From Neophaeotheca triangularis (lineage: Eukaryota): 41,366 nt of DNA. Both the position numbers and the translations under genes were made by a program. Under the pieces are notes generated by a model, which was not told the origin of the DNA, did no database searches, and was given only the letters and a program-made list of their open reading frames with translations. The stretch covers positions 310,001-351,366 of the forward strand of contig BAAIJX010000024.1 in the NCBI GenBank assembly GCA_054600435.1. Direction: 5' to 3'. Below are positions 21,998 to 32,737 of the stretch, one piece after another (position 1 is the first letter of the stretch; every line of letters begins with the position of its first letter).

Positions 21998-22505
21998 GGG
22001 GGTCAAGACGGGGTCGGTGGTTGGGAGGTCAGCGTCGGAGGTGCATGGGCGTCGGTACTGGTTCAGGTGTGACTGTGAGCTGAAAGCGGTCGAGCTGAAG
22101 CCCCACGGGCCAGGTGGCGTTCTGCGGCGTGTTGTGGTGGGAGGTGTTTTCAACCTTCTGGCTTAACCTTCTCCTGAGTGGAACTTGGTCGTTTGATTTG
22201 CTGACGAAAGCCCTGGCCACGAGTCTCGCGATCCAATGAATAGCGAATTCAAGAAGGAAGAAGGTACTTGGGAGTAAAAGAACGGCGAGGTCCCGATCAG
22301 GGCGCGACGATTTCGAGCCTAAGCGCAACGCTTAGCTGATGTATTTCTCACTAGCCAGGGTATCCCGTGCAAAACGCTGAAAGGCGCTCAATGCAATGCA
22401 AAGTCAAAAATGCACAGATCCCCAAGTCCCTCCATACAAGTACCGCCCACATGTCTCCAAGCAAACGTGGAATTAAGATGAACGGCGGAAGGGGAAGAGT
22501 CAGAT

Positions 22506-23561
22506 TTACCAATCGCCAATCCAATCGCTCGCGCCGCTTTCCCAGAAAGCATCGCAAGCCGCCTTGAGCCCGTAGTTACTTCGCAAGTCGTTGATGGTGA
22601 GGGGGTCTCTCGTTAAGGGGTCTGTGGGACTGCGCTTAAGGTGCTCGTACAGCGTCGCGCGTTCGTAGGAATGTCCATTCTTGGTGATGACAGGGTCGTG
22701 CATGGGCTCAAAGGTGATCATATCGATTAAATGGTCTGGGATTTCGCGTGGTTGCTGGTTCTCCGGGTCGGCGAGAGCAAAGACGGTTCGCAAGTCGTTG
22801 GTTTTCTTCTCGTGCACGCTCAAGACTTCCTGGCTGCGTTCAGAAGCCTCGACTTGGCCGAGCTGGTTGTCGGCGAGCTTGGCGGAGACTTGATCAAGGT
22901 CGTGCTGTTTTTGCTTGTCGAGAGTCTCTTCCAGTTCGGCTCGCAGGTTGCCTTGACGGCGGAGGCGTTCACGGTCGCGGACGGAGAATTTGGCTTTTTT
23001 GCATTTGAGTACGAAGGCTGAGAAGGTTGCGACGTCGGAGGGGGAGGTTTTGGTCGTGGGAAGGGGATGGAGAACTTGTTCGTAGGCTGTCAGGGCGGAG
23101 GAGAGGGCTTCGTGGGGGTGGTGGAGGCCGAGTTGCGCCTGGGCTGTGAAATAGTTTAGTTGGGTTCGCCTCGACGATGGCGGTCAAAGGGTCGGTGGCA
23201 AAGCTGGGGTTGTCTCGCCACGCCCGAGATTGATCGTTTGGGGGCTTTGGCAGCATACCTAGGAAGTAAAAAGCCTTGTGGTTCTGCGCATCCGAGCCAG
23301 TAATCTCTAGACTCTTGAGACAATCGTTGACGGCGCCATCCCTGCAACACTATCAGTGAGATGCTCGATCGTTTCTCTCCTCTCCTACGAGCAATACCAT
23401 TGCTGCAATCGTAACCGAACATTCGCACGATTCGTAAAGATGAGAGGATTGCGAGAATATTTCTGAATAGCCTGAGTGTACAATTCCTCAGCCTCAAGGT
23501 AGTTGCCGTCGCGGAAAGCGACGTTGCCCTTGCTTTTGAGTGTTTCCGCAACGTGAGCCAT
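22506..23561 (-). CDS. STUB1: CHIP-type TPR + U-box E3 ubiquitin ligase; introns 23342-23397 and 23144-23258
   Basis: TPR start AETLKSKGNVAF..AEELYTQAI..FTNRA; U-box IPDHLIDMITFEPMHDPVITKNGHSYERATLYEHL..DPLTR; canonical splice sites keep the frame. Confidence 0.92.
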
Positions 23562-24153
23562 GATGTTGAACGATAGTGGTTAAGAATGGGAAAGGGAAGA
23601 GGGGGAAGAGTAGGCTTATGACTTGAAGGGGCGAAGTGTTCTTAAGAATGTAGAGGTGTTGTAGGTGGGCAGTGCATGCACTCAAGACGGACAAGCCGGA
23701 TTGGGCAAGGAGCTGTCGAGGCTGAGGTGAGAGCTGAAGCTGGAGGTGTTGGAAGCGTGGAAGTCGACAATTGATGACAAAGCGAAGACATTCGACGTTT
23801 CCAGGGGTTCCAGGTTCCATCCGTCGGCTTGGTCGGCTTCTTTATTAACCAGATAGCTATCTATCTACAGTACTACTTTTGCTACAACACGCACCCAACC
23901 CATGCTCATAGGAATGTCTCAATCAAATCACTGTGGTTTCCAAAATCGAACTGGTCCAGAGATAATCGGTTTTGATTTGAAATTCAAGAACGACAAACAG
24001 CACAAACAGCACACTGCGCATTTCCGACAAACCTCCCCCCTAATACAAGGAAAGAAAGACCTCTACCAATCGAAGAGATTCGACTCCAGCATAAAACCTC
24101 AAAAAGAGAAAAGCAGAAAGACAAAACTCCGTCCTAACCGACCCACAAAAAGC

Positions 24154-26367
24154 TCAGCCCAACCTCAGCCCCATAATTGGCATCCCGACCGGTACCATGG
24201 GCTTCGAAGGCGGGCCCCTCGCAAACCCGATAACATACTCAGCATCGCATTCCAACTTGAACCTCAACGAAGCTTCCAACTTCCAATCCTCCTTAGCCTG
24301 ATCACTATTACTGTCCCCACCATTCCAAGCCCTCTGCGCAAAAGCTGCGCCGCCTTTGCGGGAATTCAAACCCCTCGTCGCCACCTTCTCGCCGCTAGAC
24401 TCGTTCATGATCAGGCTCGTGAGTGAGAAGTGGAGCATTTGGAAGCTCGGGCGCTCGTCGGGGACGAAGCGGAGGCATTCTTCAACCATGTCGCAGAGCT
24501 GGGGGGAGTAGATGCCGTCGCGGCCGAATTGGGCGAGCGTGTATTGGAGTTGGCGAGGGCCTTTGGTGTCCGTTGGGAGGAAGGAGGGTTGTTGGCGGAT
24601 TTCGAATTCGCGATTGCCGGCCATGAGGCCCAGCATGATCGCTCCGACTTGCCAAACGTTGGTGTGGGCTCCGAGGGGGAAGCGGTCGACAGGGACGCCG
24701 GTGCGCCTGTCTTTGAAAGGGAGGGATTCTGGGGGAAAGTAGCCGGGAGTGCCGCCGGTACCGACATAGGCGCTTGGATTGAGTGGGTCGTCCTCGCTGA
24801 GTTCGAACGTTTGTCCAAAGTCGCCAAACTTGGGTGTCGGGTAGTCTGGAAAGCGCTTGGAGGGGGCGTCGAGGAAGACGTTACCAGGCTGTTGGGGTTG
24901 GGTTAGCTGCTGTCGTCTGAGGTGGGATTGTGCAGCTTAGACGTACCTTCAAATCCATATGGATCATTGATTTCCACGGCCAATCTTCCTTGTTCTGAAC
25001 AGCCGGCGGGTCCTTGACATAGCCTCGCTGCATGATAAGACCCGCCTCCACCAGGCACGTAAAGACATACCACAGAAACGGCTCTGGGAGAGGGGACTCC
25101 CATTTCTCCGGGGAGACTGGAAATTGCTCCTCGAGCTCCCTTTCCTGGAAGTTGCTCCAATCGGCAACGTTGTCCAGGTCGCGGTTTTGGCAAAAAGCGG
25201 TGTACAAACGTACAATACCCTTCGACATGTCGCTCTCGCCCCACAGAGCCTCGACAATATTTTGCGCACCTTCTTGACGACTGCACTTTGCCTGCAAACG
25301 GTATTCCTGAGGTATGAAAGCGCCGTTCTCGTCAACGTGAAAATGCCTGGGTTGGAGCCACTCGGACGGATGTTTCATTTCGTCTTTGCGAACAACGCGC
25401 TGAATACGAGCGAGCGTCAGTAAAATCACGATGTCGCTTCAAAAAATTAGCTCAACTTACCTCTTGCAAAGTCCAGTTGTCGTCAAATCTTCCCCAGACA
25501 GCTGCAACACCTTGACCTCCCTGGCCCAGCACACCTTTGCGTAGTACAGGAGCCCACCTATCCGCACCCTGCCCAATGAACGGATTGCCTTCCTTCTTGG
25601 CAATTGGCTGAGCCTTTCCCAATTGTCTTGCAGTAGTGGGATCGACCATAAGAGCAGCACCTTCAGGGACGCCACGAGGAGGTGGAAGAGGGTTGAAGTC
25701 CATCGCAAGTATCTTGAAGGGATTGTGTCCAGGACGGCCATAGATGTCCTCGAGCGCTGCGCCTGCGATGTTGATCGTGGCTACCAAATCCCGCAAGACC
25801 ATCTCGAAGTAACGGATGTCCCTGCCGTAGCCTAGGCAGGTCGCCGGTTTCTGCAGCTTGACGACCGCAAGAGCACTGGCTTGCCACCAGATGGCGTCGC
25901 GAAGTTTCCTAATTGCGCCCAGCGTCTCTGACCACTGGAAGTGAGCTTGGTTGGCCTGGCGCATGAAAGGTTCCAGTGCGTTCCGCTGGGCTAGGAGATC
26001 GGCCGAGTTGTGGATGGGATGCGACAGGTCTGCCTTGATGCTTTCTATCCCGGCCTTCAAGCTGTCGGCTTCGACGCGGGTTTCGAGGTAGGTGTCCATA
26101 AGGAGTACCATCCTATCTCGGACAGGGCCTCTGTAGGCTGCCCACGTATTGCTGAGCAATTCTCCGAGATTGGTGACTAAACCACATTAGCAAACATGAG
26201 TAGTGATCCGAGATGGTTCGTTCAAACTCACAGTCTATAGGAGCGTCGCCCATTGCGTTGGTTTCTGGGTTCCTAGCCTCGCGCCGAGCGGCCCATTGGC
26301 CACAGTGCATCCATTTCTCGAAAGGTGCATCGTCCAAGGATGGTTCAGGTAGAATAGCGGCGGCCAT
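24154..26367 (-). CDS. Divergent Ser/Thr protein kinase (non-RD) with a long helical N-terminal extension; introns 26177-26231, 25400-25460, 24889-24946
   Basis: LGQGGQG loop, VVRK, HMDLK|PGN split by an intron, GDFG, GTPGYFPPE, NVWQVG, CLRFVPDERPS. All three introns are GT-AG with branch sites and preserve the frame. Confidence 0.88.
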
Positions 26368-27078
26368 TGCTGTGAAGGTAGGTGTTTTTTTTTGAATCGT
26401 TGAATGGTTGAGTACGTAGTCAGGCACCCAGAGTGGGAGCTTCTACTAGAGACACCTTCGAAAATCGGCATTGTTCCTCGATTCGAGAGCCGGATGCGGT
26501 CGTGATTGAGGTTTTCATTGTCCAGCGTCTCTCAAGTCCGGCACATTGCTTCGAACAAAGGAAAGGACAAGAGAGATTCATGTCAAAGAAACGACAAGAA
26601 AAAAAAAAAAAAGCAAGGAAACACTGATAATGCACTGGGCCTGTCTTATTTTGATGCTATGCAACGAGAGTCTCTACAAGGGAATCAAACAGGCCGGAGA
26701 GCAAAACAACAAGGGGCAAGGAGCATCAAGAAGAGTTCATGTTACTAACCACATGAAGCCAGGCGGAATATTTAATAGAGATAGACATGACGGGAGATAC
26801 AACTAGACCGTACTAGATCATCATGAAAAGTGAAAAAAGTGATGCAAGTAACGCAAGTTAGGTAGATCCGAAGAAGACAATAATGGAAGAGGGAGGAGAG
26901 GGTCGTCCGACTCGAAAGTCAGCACTGACCAACTTCCCAATCCCTTGGCACGACCCGGCCCACCAACAAGCAGACCCGACAACAAAGAAAGCGCACCAAT
27001 TCACTCGACAAGACCATAATGAGCGACCGACAGCCAGACCAGCACGAAGCAAAAGAATCAACAGCAGTAACAGAAACC

Positions 27079-27737
27079 ATGCCACCGTTCCCAGGCCGGC
27101 AAATCATGTTCGGCCCCTTCAACGTAACCAGCCAAGTAAAGCCCACCCCTCCCATCTCTCACCCCCATAACCTCCCCCATCCCTTTCCCTAAACCTCTCC
27201 AACCCACCCAAATGTAGCGCCCGCTCTCGCTGAGAAAGAAAACCCCCCCGGTAGGTCTTCCACAGTACCCCCCACACCTTCGCGCTTGTGAACCTCAAAC
27301 CGCTACTCCCGGGCCACATCCTCGTCTGCCCCCACCGCGTGACAGCCTCCCTGACCAGCCTCTCGGCGCCGGAAATCGCCGACCTCTTCACCACCGTCAC
27401 CAAAATCCAGCGGACTTTGCAAAGACTGTACAAAGCCGAGGCGTTCAATGTGGCAGTGCAAGATGGCGAAGCTGCCGGGCAGAGTGTGCCGCATGTGCAT
27501 TGTCATGTTATTCCACGGGTGAGGGGGGATCCAGGGGAGGGGGATAAGGTGCATGAGTGGTTGGAGGGAGGGGAGGGGAATGTAGGGAAACATCAGAGGA
27601 AGGGGGAGGTGGGGGAGAGGAAGGGGCAGTGGGTAAAGGATGAAGAGAGGAGGCCGAGGTCGAAGGGGGAGATGGAGGAGGAGGCTAGTTGGTTGAGGGC
27701 GGAGATTGAGAGGGATGAGCGAGAGGGGAAGCTTTAA
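27079..27737 (+). CDS. HNT2: Bis(5'-adenosyl)-triphosphatase, Fhit family HIT hydrolase; intron 27136-27254
   Basis: FGPFNVTSQ|VF, VNLKPLLPGHILVCP, QDGEAAGQSVPHVHCHVIPR (HxHxH) and PRSKGEMEEEASWLR. Confidence 0.93.
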
Positions 27738-28038
27738 TGTTGCAGTTGGTTGGGGATTGGGGGCATGGGTTGGATGTGTGTTTGATACAACTGTATAGAC
27801 AGCCTGTGCCGGTATCAGAAGCTGCAGCTCTGGTACTTGTTCGTAGCGGGATTTGAGAGAACAAGCAGCACCGGAAACTCGCCAATCGGACCCACCATGA
27901 GAAAAACCAAGGTATCCCCCTTTCCTGCCACCAAAAGAAAACGCCAGAAATCCATGCACAGCGTCCCATCATCGCAAATCGCACGTTACGCCAATCGCTC
28001 CCTCAAAATTCCCCAACTTCCAGCCCAGGAAATCTCCT

Positions 28039-28842
28039 TCAGTTCGCCAGAATCGTCTTGACCATCTCTGCGCACCCAAAAGTATTAGCAAGGCCACCCT
28101 GTCCCGTACCAAACCACAGCACAAATATACATACCCATATAGTTCAACTCGCCGTTCCCAGTGTCCACCGCCTTGAGCAACTCATCCACCTCCTCATCAC
28201 TCATCTTCTCCCCCAAATTCGTCAAAATGTACCGAAACTGCCCCACGCCAATGAAACCGGTGAGATCCTTGTCAAAGACCTGGAAACCACGACAGTATTC
28301 CTCAGGTTCGCCGGGGTCGCGGAACCCACCCGGGCGGTTGAGGACGCGGGAGAAGGAGTCGAAGTCGACTGTATCAAACAACGAACGTTGGTCAGCGAGT
28401 TGTTCTTTCTTCACGTCTGGTTCGAGTGTGGTTTCTTGGGATGTTTGGAAACTTACAGTCTCCGCCTACTTGTCCCTCGAGGTCGCGAATCTCGGCGAGA
28501 GTTGGGTTCTGGCCGCACGCGCGGAGGAGGTCGCCCAGGGAGTCGAGTTGGACACGACCGTTGCCGCGCTTGTCGAAGAGGGAGAAGGCTTCTTTGAAGT
28601 TTGTGGATTGCGCCTGTTCAGCCATGATTGGTCGGGTCAGCGGATTGTATGGATGGTGTTGGGCAGTGTGACGGTGTGGAAGTGGTAGTGGTGATGTTGA
28701 TGGAGAAAGAGGTGTAGGTGAGCAAAAGTGAAACGGTGAAAGTGCTGGTGCTTTCCGCGCAATTGTTTACTCCTCCTCCACGTGGTCGAGGGGGGTCCGC
28801 GACGGCAGCACCGCAGAGCCAGCTGATTGGGCAACGTACCAT
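28039..28842 (-). CDS. cdc4: Myosin essential light chain (EF-hand, Cdc4/Mlc1); introns 28614-28839 (after an ATG-only exon), 28369-28456, 28068-28134
   Basis: STNFKEAFSLFDKRG..LRACGQNPTLAEI, NRPGGFRDPGEPEEYCRGFQVFDKD, LTNLGEKMSDEEVDELLK, EMVKTILAN*. An alternative start exists at ATG 28625. Confidence 0.93.
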
Positions 28843-29345
28843 TGTTTAGCTTCACTGACTTTCGGTTGTTGCGGCTTTGTTGACTTGTTTGTGGTGCAGC
28901 GTGATGTTTCTTTTCCAGGGCAAGAGCAGATAACGATCGAATAGAGTCAAGTTGATGAAGTTGCTCAAGATGCGTCCAAGGAGTGTGAAGTGTAAAGTAG
29001 GTAGGTAGGTAGGTAGTGTTGGTGTTGGTGATATGCACGCTCTCAAACATACATGGGATAGGTAGGTACCTTAGGCACCACCAACTCCTGTCTTCGCGCT
29101 GTGGCCGTCCCGCGACTGTGCGTCGCGGCTTCCCGCTTGTCGCATAGCAACCAGCGCCAAGACATCAGCTTCACGATAAGATACCTGTCACATCCATACC
29201 AGGTACTCTCGTACTGTACCTTACCTTTTACACCGCAGAGGCCCATGAAGATACCTAGGTACCTACCTAAATGAACATATGATCGAAAATGGTCGCCGAA
29301 TGCTGTCGAGCTTCAAAAGTACCAAAGTCACAGTCATGTGAAAGC

Positions 29346-30310
29346 CTACCTCTTCCTCGCCATGACCAAAGCACTTCCCCACTCAACTTGCACTCTTGCT
29401 TCGACATCCCTAAAAACCTCGCCCTCCTCCTTGGCCATTGTCTCAAACATCTCATCCACCACATCCCCTTCCCCACCCCTAGCCTTAGCCTCCCTCCCCG
29501 GATGCGCCTCCCTCCATCCATGATAACTACTCCAAGTCCGTACATACTCCATCGCGTCCCCCACCCTCAACTCCTTGTCCATGAACAACGTACCCTCCCC
29601 ACTCACCCTCCCCCTCGTCCCAGGTTCATACTCCACCCTCTTGACATCCTCAAACGCCTCCCCCGGCGGCTTCACATGCCTCAACTGATCCTGCAGCAAC
29701 CTCCTCCCCGGCTGCGGCCAATAACTACCCAGCAGATCCGGGTGCGAACCGTACGCATACCGCTGCTGCACCTCCGACGCCTTGGGGAAATCAACAAATA
29801 CATGGTCCTTGTATCCCCAGAAAGCAACCGTGCCCTTACTCCTCAGCACCCGCGAGACTTCCGGCCAGACTCTGTCCAAGTCGAACCAGTGCGCGGCTTG
29901 CCCTGCTACAATGCAATCGACGCTGCCGTCGAAAAAGTGTTTTGGTGCATCTTCCGCGGTGCCTTGGCGGTATTCGACGCCGGGGAAGTTTGAGGCGGGT
30001 GTTTGCGAGCGAGCTTGGGAGACCATGCCGTCGCTGGGGTCGATGCCGAGGATGTTTGTGAAATGCGGGGCTAAAGCTCGCGTGGCTATGCCTGTGCCGC
30101 TGCCGAGATCGAGGCAGAGGTTTTGAGGGCCTTGGTGGTGGGCGAGGATGGTGTTGTAGAGGCTGGCTGGGTAGGAGGGGCGGAAGGCGGCGTAGGAGGC
30201 GTGGGAGAAGGTGGATTTGCTGGACAAGAGGGGGGAGAATTAGCACTTTGCTTGACTCTGATCAAATGCCGGGGAGCGGACTTATAGTAGACATACGCGA
30301 AGGTCGCCAT
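29346..30310 (-). CDS. TMT1: SAM-dependent methyltransferase, trans-aconitate 3-methyltransferase-like; intron 30220-30296
   Basis: MATFA|KSTFSHASYAAFRPSYP, motif I CLDLGSGTG, GIDPSDGM, AGQAAHWFD, YWPQPGR and YVRTWSSYHGW. Confidence 0.88.
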
Positions 30311-32633
30311 AGTTTATAGCTGGATTGTCGCGCGTATGCCACGAGTCCTCCTGATGCTACAGCGTTAATGGCCGGAGACTGGTGCAGGAGACAGGGCTCT
30401 AGCTATGCAAAACGGGTGGAAAAAAGGCAGCTTCTCGCTCGTGCGACTTGCTGTCAATATCGTTTCTACATGTTGGTGATGGTGGTGGTGATGGTGGTGG
30501 TGGCTCCCCAGACGAAAGCCACCTGACCTCCCATCACTCATCATCAACTGCCCTGCAGGGTGACCTGGAGTCGCAATAACGGCGGGGAGAATCGAATCAA
30601 CTCCGATATCGCTCCCACCCGACATGCCGACCTCACCCACTCCCCTCGATGTCTGTCCTTAGGCAAAAAAAAAAAAGAAAAAAGGAAAAGAAAAAAAGAA
30701 AGAAGACATCTACAAGGCTCCCTAGTACTTACCTCAGCTCAACTAGATTCAAATGACGGATCATAATTGTCCAGAGTGACGTGACGTTGCGACGACTCCT
30801 ACAAAATCTCACTCCCTTCTTTCCATTGGATGGATGCACTTCGAAGCTCGACTGTACACCTAGATATGTCTCCACTACCACCCCCTTTTGTCACTGAGAT
30901 GGGCGGCAACATCAACAACAGCTTCTACCAAAACATATCCCAGCGCTAGGATTATGGTCATCGATCCTCGAAACATGATCGCTGCTCGCTTTTGATGAGG
31001 CCCAAGGTTACAACGGCGCTTGCCCCGACTGATCTACCAGCCCCAGCAGCTTGGAAACTCCACACCAGGTCGAAGCATGGTGTTGAACTGGCAAAATAAT
31101 GCTACAAGAGACTACCACTGTTCCCGGCTTTATGGTCACCATCTGGAAGGCCTCCCGTCACTTTTCGGCAAAGCGGAACCTGTACAACGTTTCTCCAGGA
31201 CTATTTTTCTTCCCTTCCAGCCTGCCGCGTGTACGAGGAAGATAGTCGTTCAAAGTTATGGTCTATGGAAATGCTCCTGGGTCCTAACGCAAAGTCTCGT
31301 ATTTTTTGCAGTCAACAATGGCGAGACGCAGTCGTGTATTTGACCGAGTCACCTCAGGCTTACGTCCATCTTCCATGGATCTCAAGCCCACATATACTAA
31401 TTAAGTGGAGCGCACATTACTAACATCTGCCATCAAACACTCAGGAAAGACTTCCTTAACCGTCTCAAGGTACAGCACCACGGTGCTATCCATTAGACGG
31501 TTTCTCCCGGTGTTTGAACTCCTATAAGTGCTCTTTCCTCTTCTGCCTAGATGGCGCCGCGCTTCAGGCTCCCTATCCACGTTGGTAAATGGATGGCAGT
31601 CTTGTTCACTCCCGTATGCGTTTTGGCGACTCGAGGGATGATAGCAGCCATGTGCGCTACCTCCGGGGCGGCGCACAGCTGGCTAAAGTTGCCGTCTATC
31701 GTTACGTTGCCCTGATTCTTCGGCACATTCTTTCATGGTACTGGAACTCAACGATGAAGCGTATCCGCGAAGATCGATGTCACTTCAAGTATCATCAAGG
31801 TCGAAGGGTCGGCAGACCTTCACCTTATTGTTTGCAGTAGGTTCACTAGACTTCTCGGTCAAGCTCGGCTTGGTACAGCAAGGCGTCGCCACACTGAACG
31901 CTTACTTTATATCGACTCTGGATTCCCATACTAACATCCTTCATTCTCAACTATCGCATTGAACACCTTCTAGCACACGCCGAGCCATTGTGTCGGTTCG
32001 CTAGCCTGCACACCTCGCTCTTAGTCCTTGGCTTCCTATCCAGCCGTTTCGATGTCTTCATTAACCGAAACACTCCGGAGCCTACTTGGATTACCAGGCC
32101 ACGGGGATCAATGTACTGCGTACGAGCTGACGACGTGCCCAAACCAGCCATGAGCACACTTGGGGTGTCGTTAGTATGTGGGCTTCTCTGATGGAACCAC
32201 AGGTGTACCATATATCATGCCGCCCGAGCCATACCGCTTCGGTCACCGTGATGGTCAGTACTGCGAACAGTCTTCATGGACGGAGACTCCATCGACCAAC
32301 CACAGTTCTTCCTCGACAACCACACTCAACACCACTGGCGCTATCAGAAGGCACGGCGGACACGGGCTCATTCTCGAAACTTCTCCTTTAAGCCAAGCGA
32401 CTTGGATCTACAGTGCCGGCTGCATGGTAGCACTTGTTTAAGTCTGTCATGGTACTGGTAACCTCAACATGGCACTTCGTAGCAGATGACTCGTCAGAGA
32501 ACATGCTACCTTGACATCGAGAACCCGCACCACCATTTCTGGTCTCGGATTTGGCTTGCAAGAATTCTCGACCCTCCGGCGACACAATACCATCAGGAGA
32601 TGCGGATGCTGATCTTTCCCAACGGGAACAAAG

Positions 32634-32639
32634 TATAAA
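32634..32639 (+). promoter_or_regulatory. Putative TATA box of the secreted mucin-like gene
   Basis: TATAAA about 100 nt upstream of ATG 32738, followed by a pyrimidine-rich leader. Confidence 0.45.
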
Positions 32640-32737
32640 GAGCGTCTTCTGCCCTCCTACGACTTAGCAAACGTCAGGCATATCAATCTTTTCGTAAAAC
32701 TCGTTCTCGTTCATCACTCGTTCATCAGCTTCCAGCG

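Noticed and set aside
29289..29993. 234-aa plus-strand ORF (also 6261-6947, 7988-8509, 20055-20816, 27303-27959)
   Set aside because: Antisense or overlapping to well-supported genes; explained by GC-rich, skewed codon usage.
30365..30640. Poly-His ORF upstream of TMT1
   Set aside because: Arises from a short (CCA/TGG)n microsatellite in promoter DNA; no other coding support.
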